A stretch of 55,669 bases of DNA, the filler included, from Catajapyx aquilonaris (Eukaryota), in assembly GCA_000934665.2 (NCBI GenBank). It is 4 parts of 4 records of this genome, joined end to end, with 100 filler letters (N's around TTAATTAATTAA, not from the genome) between each part and the next. Parts side by side here need not be neighbours in the genome. Positions count along the whole stretch, not along the records: positions 27,893 to 41,732 come from JYFJ02007969.1; 3 more parts are not named here. One strand, 5' to 3'. Below the pieces are notes generated by a model, which had not been told where the DNA came from, ran no database searches, and saw only the letters and a program-made list of their open reading frames with translations. The position numbers were made by a program, and so were the translations under genes. The stretch's first letter is position 1. Each line of letters opens with the position of its first letter. This document shows positions 27,793 to 37,989 of this stretch, piece after piece.

Positions 27793-27892
27793 NNNNNNNN
27801 NNNNNNNNNNNNNNNNNNNNNNNNNNNNNNNNNNNNTTAATTAATTAANNNNNNNNNNNNNNNNNNNNNNNNNNNNNNNNNNNNNNNNNNNN
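27793..27892. other. Artificial contig linker
   Basis: Same N44-TTAATTAATTAA-N44 spacer. Confidence 0.97.
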
Positions 27893-28231
27893 GTCCTCCA
27901 TGACATCGTCATTCTTTCCTAAAAAGGAACTAAGTATAGACATGTGAATGAAGTATAAAACATGCTATACATACGGGTAGCACGTCTCTTGTTTTTCTTT
28001 GGTCCCGGCTTGACCATAGGCACAGGCATAGGCTTATTTTCTTCCTCCTCATCGGAGCTGCTGATGGTAATCCGTGGCTGATGCTATGTCTTGCGACGTG
28101 CACCACCTACAATACATTTTATTGAAAATCTAAAATATGAAAAATGTTAAAAAGTACTTACCAGATGCACCTGAGGGACCGGCAATGGCGACAGGGTCGA
28201 TGGCGATGACCTTCTTTGGTGTCATGTTCAT
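27893..28231 (-). pseudogene. Spliced gene fragment with a premature stop; exons 28231-28162, 28106-27975, 27918-contig end
   Basis: 55- and 56-nt GT-AG introns keep phase; MNMTPKK...AGPS...RRKT*HQPRITISSSDEEEE...KKNKRR. Confidence 0.55.
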
Positions 28232-28252
28232 CACTACACACACTATGCTACT

Positions 28253-28890
28253 TAGCAACACTTGTGCAAATCTCCTGGTCCCAGTTTTCCGGGAGGATTA
28301 CCCCCACTCTCCCAGCGCCCCGCAGATTTATGGCGACATGATGTTGCGGACAACGTACCACTTCAACCCTTGTTGTACCGTGTAGTTGTATGGGTGGGAA
28401 GGTCCGTTGGTGGTCCTCTTCCTCCCGGTTGAACAGGGTATAGGTGAAAGTTGGGATAATGCGGTAGGGTGGTCTTTGGATCCAGCCAAGTTGCGAAGCC
28501 CTCTGTGAAACCCATCATCCAGCGGCTACATCTCCGGTAGAGGCATGATGAACTAGTTCGTCAGGTGTCTCCACACGTCCAGTAGCTGCTGATGTTCCAG
28601 TCCATTGTCGAGATCCCGGTGAGACCCATCCTCCAACAGCTTCATTTCCAGTGGAGGCATGATGAACTGGTGTAGGTGGGTGGGTGGGAACATCGTCATG
28701 CGTCTCCACACGTCCAGTAGTTACTAATGTTGTATCCATTGTTACCTTCTCACCGAATGAATGCGGGCAAAACAATTCCGTCCTTATACGAGTATAACCT
28801 CTAGCTTCTTCCTATCATAAATACACATACTGCGCCTGTTCACTTCACTGAAGCGAATCCAACAGGTGACACATTTGTAACATGCTACTC
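28253..28890 (-). pseudogene. Disrupted ORF with RING-like half (VACYKCVTCW...FCPH) and an internal repeat
   Basis: Two copies of TGRVET..D..VHHASTG..A.G(G/*)WVS; the stop at 28515 aligns with GGA in the other copy and the frame stays open for ~85 further codons. Confidence 0.4.
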
Positions 28891-28945
28891 TGAAAAAAAA
28901 TATGGGATCGATAGAGTTAGAATTCCTAAATCACAATACCAGAGT

Positions 28946-29167
28946 TTATTCAGAATCAGAATAATCAGATGTAGATTCCCAAAGTCCCAAATCACAATTA
29001 CAATACAAAATAATACGAAAACAGTGTGTGCAGAATTTCTTCTCAAGTTTTGAAGTACTTATACATGAACGAGTGCAAGGGAGAGTGTAAAGGAAATCAA
29101 AAGTTTTATATGCGAGAAGATGGGGGAGGTATAATATAATTTGATAATTTTCACTCTCAGGCATCAT
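28946..29167 (-). CDS. Small Cys-rich hypothetical protein
   Basis: CxxxC...CxxC...CxC and acidic tail SDYSDSE; no recognised family. Confidence 0.3.
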   Translation of the reverse strand: MMPESENYQIILYLPHLLAYKTFDFLYTLPCTRSCISTSKLEKKFCTHCFRIILYCNCDLGLWESTSDYSDSE

Positions 29168-29304
29168 AATTATACGTTTTAAGTCGGTTATGAAGATGAC
29201 ACGATAAACAGACTTCAACTGAAGTATTGATGATAACAGGGAGCTGAAAATAAGAAGAAAAAAACACACGTTCCGATCACATTTCTTTTAATTAGAAATG
29301 AGTT

Positions 29305-29570
29305 TTACAGCAAAAGAGCTTGTTTAGCTGAATCCTCGATTGATTTTAGCGCTTTCAGCATTTGCGGTAAGGAACGCAAGGTAAACCAACCCCCCTTTTT
29401 CGGATTGTTGGGAAATCCATCAGAATACTCGTGAAAGTGAACGTATGGTGTGGTCTTAAACATTTTGATAGAGAGGATCCAATCGTTGTTGTACCTGATG
29501 ACAGGTAAATTTTCCACAGCAGCAATCATGGTGTTTACTTCATCAATCATCATCTCACATGCAGTTAAGT
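29305..29570 (-). CDS. PC4/Sub1-like ssDNA-binding domain protein
   Basis: LSIKMFKTTPYVHFHEYSDG..NPKKGGWFTL..L..M...I fits the PC4 pattern V.V..F....YV..REY......P.KKG..L; acceptor tttcag just upstream. Confidence 0.65.
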
Positions 29571-29790
29571 CTGAAAAGCATTGCGTTAAAATAATGTCAC
29601 AAAAAAAAACAATACAGGAAGAGTCCTAACTCGCGTGTGTGCAAATGCTACGTTACAGAATCAAACATGGCGCCCTCCGTGACAGTTCCTGTCACACTGT
29701 GGGAATATCGCTTGACCCTCCTCGGTCCCAATGGCCTCCGCGTCCGGTGCCTGTCTTGGGGTTCGCCTGTCGTGTTTTGCTCTGCATTTG

Positions 29791-30114
29791 CTAATCAACT
29801 TTCACAGCAAGTATGAACCTACACCTACTAGATATAGTGCAAAAATCAAGTGTGACGTATCCACGTATTCCTTGGTGCAATCTGTGCAGAAAATATGAGT
29901 GCATCCCAGCCTCCCAGTGTGACGTATCCGTGAATACGGCCGTATCTAGGGCCGATACCGGCCTAGCATTCATCAAGAACAGCATCTCGGGATGCTTCAT
30001 CAACATTAACAATACCGCCACCGTTAGTAATCCCAGCCAGATGAAAACGAGGGTCGTTTGTACTCCTGGGCTCATGCCGTAAAGGTAAGGGGTGGAACTC
30101 AACGCGGTGTTCAA
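29791..30114 (-). CDS. Small putative membrane protein
   Basis: One hydrophobic segment TLVFIWLGLLTVAVLLMLM; no recognised family. Confidence 0.3.
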   Translation of the reverse strand: MNTALSSTPYLYGMSPGVQTTLVFIWLGLLTVAVLLMLMKHPEMLFLMNARPVSALDTAVFTDTSHWEAGMHSYFLHRLHQGIRGYVTLDFCTISSRCRFILAVKVD

Positions 30115-31202
30115 CTCCGTTAAGTTTAGCTGTCCTAAATGGACTCGGGGCCCTACTCCCTCGTTCGCCCTACTTGTGCATCAGTGACATCTTGAACGTC
30201 TGGCAGAGGGGTGAAGTCCGAGAGTGATAAGTCATCTTCAGTATCAGAATCTTCTTGAGAACTGCCATCTGAGTCCGAGTCTTCTTCAGAACTGCCAACT
30301 GAGTCAGAGGATGATGAATCAGGTTGCTTTTTGGGCATTTTTTTTTTCCAGAAGTTGATTCCTACTTGCTGTCAAACTTCAACTGGTTTTGGTTTCGGAC
30401 CTTTCGTAGAACCGATTTTCCTAGCCGTCGTCTCAGCAATCGAGTCCTACTCGGGTGTATAAGTCGCTATCATGCACTTGCCGCGCTTCCGTCCTCTCGT
30501 CGATAATTTCCTTGCTGGAGCTTTTGGAAACTGGAGTATGTCCTCTGGAGATGCAAATCACAGTGTAGCGTCCTTTGAGGATGTTGATGACGAAGGGAGA
30601 CGGGATGGTAGGGGCGATAATGACGACGGCACAAGGCCTGGAAGTTGCGGTGTGACTCTAGTGAGTCAATCGCCACAGTAAGGTGGCCTTCATCTTGCTC
30701 CCCAATGCACCTCTGGCACACGACGAGAAACTCCCGTAGTGACATCCGGGAGAATAGATAGTCCACGGGAGAGTCCTCGTAGTCGCTATCGGACCAGTAG
30801 GGCACATGGTCTTCAAGGGCGCACGACGGTTGGCTATAGTCCGAGGCAGTCACCCTCCCGATGATGACCCACCCCATAAGAGCGGGAGCAGACAGGAGCA
30901 CATAAGTCGCTGAGGGGTAGGAAGGAAAAGCAAACCCCAACCCCTCCCTCGTAGTGCTTAGGCCTGAGATAAGGCAGTAGTAACCACGGAGTGTGAATGG
31001 ACTCACCCCTAGAATTGCAAGGAACACAAAACTTGCAAGGAGATACCCAAGAGTAAAGAAATGTGTAAGCTTGATAGCCTGCTTCAGGAAGAGAATACAT
31101 ATTATCAGATTGTTGCTCATTGAGCACCAATAAGGGGGTACGTAACTCAGCTGCGCTGAATTATACCAGAAATCCAGTCGAGATCGGTCAGACGAAGCGG
31201 GT

Positions 31203-31519
31203 TGTAAACTTAGTGCACAAACAACGACTCCCCAATATCTATTAACTTGTTTATTGATGAGGTTATGGTTACAGAACAGTTTGTAAGCGAACCTAACCCT
31301 TAGAAAACAGACAAGTCAGGTAGCTGTCTTGACCAGGATGGAAATAGACCGCTAATACTCACCCCAACGTGGGCTGTACATCCTGACAGTGTATACTGGT
31401 ACAAGACTGGCGACGTGTAGTCATCGACGACTCTGTTCCCCTCTCGACCTCTTGCCCACCAAGAATAGGGCTTTTTATACCACCCCCTTCGCGTCTCTTT
31501 GGAGAAGTCAGTGTCCTCA
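31203..31519 (-). mobile_element. Possible solo LTR inserted in the env-like ORF
   Basis: TG...CA ends with TATAAAAA and AATAAA in order on the minus strand; flanks ACCTT/ACCCG only partly match. Confidence 0.45.
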
Positions 31520-31879
31520 AAGGTCACCTTGATAGGTGATTGTTTTAACTGCTTACAGGTTCTTGTGGTCACTTTGCACCGCATGCCTCATGGCCTCGGC
31601 CAGACGCCTAATCTGATTCTGGTTTTCGTACAACCCTTTCAGATCTTTTGTGGTTACTAGACTGCAACACGCGGCAAAAAGATCCCCCAGCAGGTCAATG
31701 CCCCTCTTTGAGCGTGTTTGAAAATCGGATTCCCTTATGGACTGATACATATCGAACTGCTGGGTGTGCACCATGTGCTGCAGTTTCTTAATACCGTCCT
31801 ACATTCGGCATTCATTTGCAGTTTTATCCCCGCTACACCAGGCCTCTGGGATGGAGGTCAAAGTGGACAAGTTATTCAT
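31520..31879 (-). pseudogene. Envelope fusion protein-like fragment (furin site + fusion peptide)
   Basis: RSKR|GIDLLGDLFAACCSLVTTKDL followed by a heptad-like helix, the layout of errantivirus Env / baculovirus F. Confidence 0.65.
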
Positions 31880-32160
31880 CGGAGACGCCCAGGCCGAAAC
31901 GCTGGGTTCTATGACTCCCATCTTCAACATATTTGTGACCTGATATCTTATCAGATCCCTCTCTGCGGGTGAGGTCCTATACGGTGCCTGTGATATTGGC
32001 AAGCTGCCCCCTGTGTTTATTACACACTCGTTACCTGCTAGTTGACCCATTTGTGAGGGTTCAAAAGCTATACAGTCAGCAAAGCTTCGTAACACTGCTA
32101 ATAATCGCTCCCTTTCTCCTCGAGTCAAGTCGGGACTGATATTGAGTGCTTCTTCTCGGA
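31880..32160 (-). pseudogene. Gypsy pol, start of reverse transcriptase (truncated)
   Basis: INTGGSLPISQAPYRTSPAERDLI..QV..MLKMGVIEPSVSAWASP; RT core absent. Confidence 0.88.
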
Positions 32161-32411
32161 AAACGGGTCCTTCCGCTACCGTCAGACAAGGCGGGTTCAT
32201 TTCTAGCGAACTAGGCCAGAAGCAACCAGCTTCGGGATTCAACTTCCCGCAGTATGGTTCATTCAAGAGATTCTCGAGGACGACGCACACGTCAGCTGTG
32301 GGGCCGGCTATGGGGGTGGTCATTAATCTGACTCCCTTTTTGAAGACTAACTCTTCACTGGCCACCGCATTGGCGGGCCTCCCCCTTGTCTGGCTCAACC
32401 TTGCCACGACC

Positions 32412-32790
32412 TTACACTCGCATTCCAAACAGTAGGATTATCTTTGTCACGTCATCGTCTTCCGCTCCGAGTGATAACTCACTCAACGCCGCCAGAGGAC
32501 CATCTAGGGGCCTAATATAACTAAAAAGGGTCGTCACCCGCTTTTGATTCAGGTAATAGGTCACGAAATGCCTAAATGTATTTATCGTTAACCCATCCCG
32601 CTGGTTAAAGTCGTTCCCCAACAGAAGTGGGACTGGTAACCCTCGGACAACTACCAATTCTGCCGGGACTTTTGCTATTACTTGATCTTTGCTTAAGCTT
32701 ACTCCGGAACCCGTGTCTACTACTGCTGTCAAAACTTCGCCATTTATTTTTACTTCTTTAGCCAATAAGCCCGGATTGTCCATTATCCCG
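32412..32790 (-). pseudogene. Retrotransposon aspartic protease
   Basis: VKINGEVLTAVVDTGSGVS and LLLGNDF motifs. Confidence 0.85.
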
Positions 32791-33683
32791 GCCGACCCCA
32801 AAACAGTGGATGAGCTGCTGAGTGTAGTAAGGCTGCACGAGAAGGCTCGATTCTTGGCCACCTGTAGGCAGAACGAGGATCAAAGTCAAGAACCTAAATT
32901 GCGCAAGCGCATTACCTACAGCTGCGTAACAGGCCGGAAGTAGAGAGAGATATCAGGTCGTCGAGAGAGGAGAGATAAGCCGAGTAAACACTCGAAATGA
33001 GTACATAAAATAACAGGCGAGATGGGTTTCCAAAATGGAGGGGGACTAGAACAAAGAGTAAAAGGAGCTTACCCTAGGGTCGGGCACCTATTAGGATCCG
33101 CTCCGTATACGGGAGTCCCGGACACTCATGTCGACGACAGTACTCCCTGAAGAGGGCGTATTCCTCCAGGCTGTCAAATTCGCGGCGAATATGAGCCGAG
33201 AGGTGGGAGCCCCACCTATCCGGGCGATCGGGACGGTGCATACAGGCGAGGAGGGCCTCTTCAAGCTGGCCTCGCCTGCGGGCAGAGCCCTGAACTATCG
33301 CCCTCAATATAGCCACCTCGGGATGTGGGTTGAGGACTAGGCCATTCAGGTCGAGTTGAAGAAGATGGTCGGGGAAGCCGACACACTGTAATCTAGAATC
33401 GAAAAAACATGATCGAAAATGAAAGCGCATTAATTAAGCCGTTTAAACAGGTAAAAAATGTCATCCAATGTTTTCGTAGTCGCTGATTTCGATTTTGAGG
33501 TTATTTTTAACGTAGCACTACCGGGTGTACCAAAAAAAAATACGGAAAGTTACAAAACAAGCATTATACAATTCAATGAGTTAAGAATGAAGTGTCCCTA
33601 TGTTTTCCCGGTACATTATTTAGAACTTAGATTGTCCAAAAATCTAGAACACATAACTACAGGGTGTAGCAAAAAGTAGCAAG

Positions 33684-34262
33684 TTATAATTCCGGGCCAA
33701 GGATGGGCTCGTGCCCGTCCTCGTCTACTCCCTCGTCCGGGTAGATATCGTCTTCCGGGTCATGATAGTAGTTACGGACATAATCGGGACGCAGAATGCG
33801 GTGGAGATCGCCTTCGTCCTGGTCCGGGATGTGGATGCCATCATCTGCCGGCTCAGGGGGAGGCTGAGCCTCGGGCCGGTTGAGGCGGACTCGGATGCTC
33901 TCGTAGGGACGTACGTAGTCGGTGTCCGACTCGTCCGAATCGACGTCGTCTGGATCCCGCGTTCCAGGGTAGACTTCAAAGTTTGGAGGATAACCGCAGA
34001 GGAGAGGTAGAATCGGAGGACCCTCTGCCGCAGGGGGGGTGGGGCCGTCCAGCTCCTCTAGTGGTGGTAGGTCGTCCAGCCCGGAGGAAATGGAGCTATC
34101 CAGATCCTCTAAGGGTGGTAGGTCGTCCAGCCCGGAGGAAATGGAACTTTCCGGGCTCCCTGGCCACTCCTCCCGATTGAGCCACCCGAAATGCTCCAGA
34201 CAGAAATAGAAAAATGCGAGAATACTTCCCACCATCCTGTAGCAGTAGGAAGCCCCTGGCAC
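33684..34262 (-). CDS. Acidic Pro-rich hypothetical protein with two 17-aa SSISSGLDDLPPLE repeats
   Basis: Open frame; hydrophobic segment after MVGS; TATATA at ~34345; partly duplicated at 36348-36823. Confidence 0.5.
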   Translation of the reverse strand: MPGASYCYRMVGSILAFFYFCLEHFGWLNREEWPGSPESSISSGLDDLPPLEDLDSSISSGLDDLPPLEELDGPTPPAAEGPPILPLLCGYPPNFEVYPGTRDPDDVDSDESDTDYVRPYESIRVRLNRPEAQPPPEPADDGIHIPDQDEGDLHRILRPDYVRNYYHDPEDDIYPDEGVDEDGHEPILGPEL

Positions 34263-34544
34263 GAACTTGGTAGAAAAAAAGGAGCCCTAGTTCTAGCACC
34301 TCTGATGAAGGAGAACTGACGGGGCACCAAGAGAAGCCAGGAGGTATATAGGAAGTCACTCGAAAACACCCCCCTCCGCCAAATCACTCTCTCTTTCCCC
34401 CCAGATCATGCATAATCTCCCTGACTAATCTTTGGAAGGACAGTTTCGGGATCAGCAGCTCCGTCGACTTTTGATATCTACGTATTTCTCGTAGTGCCAG
34501 ACTTCCAGGCCTAGCAACATATAGTGCGTGAGGTTGGTTTAAAT

Positions 34545-34703
34545 CTAAGTTGTAGTCACTATCCTGTAGTGATGCTGCCTGTCATTGTGGGTCTTCTTAT
34601 GCTGTGCTTTGTGGGTTTCCTTCTTATGCTGTACTTTGTGGGTCTTCTTATGCTGGGTCTTCTTGGTCCTCTTCTTTGGCTGCTGTGCCTTTTTGCGTGC
34701 CAT
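34545..34703 (-). CDS. 52-aa Lys/His-rich basic mini-protein
   Basis: [52 protein letters not shown]; three QHKK(E)TH repeats; below the ORF-track cutoff. Confidence 0.5.
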   Translation of the reverse strand: MARKKAQQPKKRTKKTQHKKTHKVQHKKETHKAQHKKTHNDRQHHYRIVTTT

Positions 34704-34758
34704 CTCTCTCTCTTACACAAACACGCACTACTGCAGAGTGTTGGGGATTAGGAAAAAG

Positions 34759-34985
34759 ATGCATAGGTTGTGATGTAATCGGAATTTCAAGACCGCACCC
34801 TTCTGACGTCAGTTTGGATTAGGAATATGATGCATAGGTTGTGACGTAATCAATGAGCATATAGGAAGCATATAGGTGAGGGGAATTTTCTGAACAAGCC
34901 CTTCGGTCATCACGTCAAGGTTGATTTAGACAGAGTGTGTAGTTGGACTATGCATAGGCTGTGATGTAATCGTGATGTAATCAAT
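34759..34985. promoter_or_regulatory. Three-copy 22-bp repeat with ATF/CRE-like cores
   Basis: ATGCATAGGYTGTGAYGTAATC at 34759, 34830, 34950; TGACGTCA at 34804-34811. Confidence 0.5.
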
Positions 34986-35041
34986 CATTTATTAAGTGAC
35001 AAATATACACAACTTATTAATAAGTTTTTTATTGTCGATAT

Positions 35042-35544
35042 TTACATTATTTCAACCAACAATTCAGGTGGGAGAAGTACTGGTTCCCCTACCTGCCCCT
35101 TGACCCTACACATGATCATCGGCTGCCCCTCATCGTGAATCGTCACATCATACCTCTCCCGATAATGATGTACGTATGATATCTAGGAGATATAACCCGA
35201 ATATTATTGAGATGCACGTATATTCCAACTTGCATGAGACTCACCTCTCTCCCATTCGCATTCTTGAAGGTTGACATGGGTGATGACCCCCAATCTATCG
35301 CCACCACATCATATGTTTATGTCTGTCCATATAATGATATTCTTTCCTGTCATTGTGTTGTCAAACTCCTCCTTACTATTCTCCATGGTTCCTACGTATT
35401 TTCTACAATTCATAAAAAGTGTTAATAAATATTATATGATATTATGACACCTACTTACATGAAATCAAGTACCGACCACTGCAGGTACATTGGAGCTCCA
35501 CGTTCCTGCTCTCCTACGATTTTGTGCCACAATACCTCTGCCAT
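35042..35544 (-). pseudogene. Stand-alone PIWI-type PAZ-domain gene (~128 aa); exons 35544-35459, 35402-35245, 35182-35042; one frameshift near 35318
   Basis: Spliced product HKIV...SVLDFI...TGKNII...TYDVVAIDWGSSPMSTFKNANGREISYVHHYRERYDVTIHDEGQPMI...LLPPELL; gtaagt/gtgagt donors, 56- and 62-nt introns, AATAAA just after the stop. Confidence 0.8.
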
Positions 35545-35687
35545 CTTTGCTATCGAAATAAATTATCTCACTTCCACACCAGTCTGACACACTGAATGAC
35601 GCTGCACATATGCTGTTGTTGTGTAATCACTGAGCTGAGCTGCACAAGTGGGGAAAAGCCCGGGAAAGCAAGTGATACAAAAACCAC

Positions 35688-35755
35688 GTGACGCAAATAC
35701 CAAGGTTGCCAAGTTTTTTGCAAGTGACGCAAACACTAAGGCTGCCAAGTTTTTT
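35688..35755. promoter_or_regulatory. Two-copy 36-bp repeat between the divergent PAZ and BIR genes
   Basis: GTGACGCAAAYACYAAGGYTGCCAAGTTTTTT at 35688 and 35724. Confidence 0.5.
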
Positions 35756-36060
35756 TTTTTGTTTTTTTTAGCCAACCAGTTTTTTGCTTCGAGTTGTGCA
35801 GACTTGTCTTCAACCGACCCGTATGGGTGCTCTATTACGGATACGGACATGCGGTTTTTTGCCTTGGGTGGCGGATGAACCAGACCTGCTTCCGGTCCTG
35901 CAATAGTTCGAATCTAACAATAATATATCGGTCGACAACAGGAATTTCGATTGAAAATGGGCGTCACAGCACAATGCACTGGAGTGTAATAATGCACAGT
36001 TATCTTTCTATAAAGTGCACAACACATTGGTGCATTGCACACATTCGACAATCGAGAGGG

Positions 36061-36337
36061 ATGGGTACAACCCCGTCACCCTGTCCAACAAAGAAAAAGT
36101 GGATTACATTCGACTCGTTGAAGAATGAGAAGACCCGCAGACGAACATTCAAAGGATGGTCGGTCCCGTTTCTTAAGGCGCAGGACTTGGCTCACGCCGG
36201 ATTTTTTTTTTCTCAAGAAGCGGGATTTTGTTGAATGCCCTTTTTGTCGTGATGTGGTAGGAGCCTGGGAGGAGGATCTACCGGAAAGGGGATGGACGGG
36301 CCGGCGAATTGGGCAAAGATGGCTCGACCACTCATAG
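36061..36337 (+). pseudogene. Truncated BIR-domain (IAP-like) gene
   Basis: LKNEKTRRRTFKGW...LAHAGFFF/LKKRDFVECPFCRDVVGAWEE; +1 frameshift in T10 (36202-36211); final His/Cys ligands missing; TATAAA at ~36009. Confidence 0.85.
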
Positions 36338-36347
36338 GGGCACGCGA

Positions 36348-36823
36348 GTAGTCGGTGGTACTTTCATCGGAATCTACGTCATCTCGATCCCGCGGCCCAG
36401 GGTAGACTTCGCAGTTTGGAGGATAACCACAGGGAGGTAGAATCGGAGGACCCTCTGCCGCAGGGGGGGTGGGGCCGTCCAGCTCCTCTAGTGGTGGTGG
36501 GTCATCTAGGTCAGACGAAATGGAACTGTACAGCTCCTCTAGTGGTGGTAGGTCGTCCAGCCCGGAGGAAATGGAGCTATCCACATCCTCTAAGGGTGGT
36601 AGGTCGTCCAGCCCGGAGGAAATGGAACTTTCCGGGCTCCCTGGCCACTCCTCCCGATTGAGCCACCCGAAATGCTCCAGACAGAAATAGAAAAATGCGA
36701 GAATACTTCCCACCATCCTGTAGCAGTAGGAAGCCCCTGGCACGAACTTGGTAGAAAAAAAAGGAGCCCTAGTTCTAGCACCTCTGATGAAGGAGAACTG
36801 ACGGGGCACCAAGAGAAGCCAGG
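36348..36823 (-). repeat. Second copy of 33915-34341 with three DD(L/P)PPLE repeat units
   Basis: Near-identical over the upstream part, more diverged downstream; one extra 51-bp unit. Confidence 0.9.
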
Positions 36824-37989
36824 GCTCTACGCCCCAATATTTTGGGGAGTCAATTGCAAGATTGTGTTGTCTTGCTATGGTAATCCAAGTAACCCTTTTG
36901 ACGTGTATGCTTAACAGTTGTGCCATATCCAAAGGATCAATACCTTTTGACATGTAAAAACACTTGCGATTTGCGGGGTCTATAAATATGTGATACAAGC
37001 CTGTGGCGACAACAATGATGCGATTGTGACCTGGTGAGGTTAACTGAAACACGTGGGGTGTCCAAGACAACATTTAAAAGTCACAGAAAAAAAGAGGGGA
37101 AGAAAGGATGGCAGGGTAGGAACAGGTTAACGACCGAGAATTTGCTACCCGGCCAGACCAGAGGTTCCCCAGGGTAAAGGGACACCAACTGGCCCTGATA
37201 CAGACATTACCTATGGTTTAAATACTTCGTGGTGCAGTACTGCAGTGTATGTCGGGAGTTACAGTGACGTAACATGCACCACATGAGCATCATAACAGGA
37301 ACAATAGCGGCAGATTACCTTTGCGCATATCAATACAGATAAAAGGGTGGTGAAATGGGTAACAAGCAAACCCCTGCCAGGGACAAGGAAATAGACAGAA
37401 AGGGTCAAGGCTGACAGACAAGGACAAAAAAGAAAAGGGGGAGGTATAACAGGACGAAATAATCAAGTGGCTTCCGGATGCAAAACTAATCCGGTCACAC
37501 ATCTCCCGCCTTAAATAGTTATACGTCAATGAACCAAAAATCCCTTCGCACCTGGATTACACATTTAACAGTCCAATTCACAAACCGGCAAAAAGTGTGT
37601 CTGACCCTAATGCACTCAAAGGGGGGGCGGATTTGCCCTACCGTAAAACTCGGATATGGGTCGGCACAGACACAAAACAATCACTTATGCACACACAATA
37701 CTGAACACCAGGGAAATGGGCCAACAGGTCCATATCACACAATCCACAATCACGCGTTTTTTTTCTTCACGTTCACATGAGGGCAGCTGGCTCTTCCGGC
37801 GTTTCTCCTTCCGAGGTGGATATGACCACTACGGCGGCGGGTTGGGCGCGGCTCTGACCTCTTCCATTAGATGTTCCACGTTGTGCTCCTATCCTACGTC
37901 CTCCTCGTAAGCGATCCTGCATGGCGGCTGATGATGGGCGAACCTCAAAGACCCGGAGAGCAGTGTCAAAATAGTTGCGGGATGTGGTG

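Larger units (their letters stand above)
30153..33430 (-). mobile_element. Decayed, internally deleted Gypsy/Metaviridae-like LTR retrotransposon with env-like ORF
   Basis: Order gag-like, protease, RT start, env-like, TM/acidic 3' ORFs; stops and frameshifts; outer boundaries uncertain. Confidence 0.8.

Noticed and set aside
34524..34822. Hydrophobic plus-strand ORFs resembling membrane proteins
   Set aside because: Antisense shadows of the Lys/His-rich tandem repeat.
34759..34985. CRISPR-like repeat-spacer look
   Set aside because: Only three imperfect copies, irregular spacing, eukaryotic context, no cas genes.
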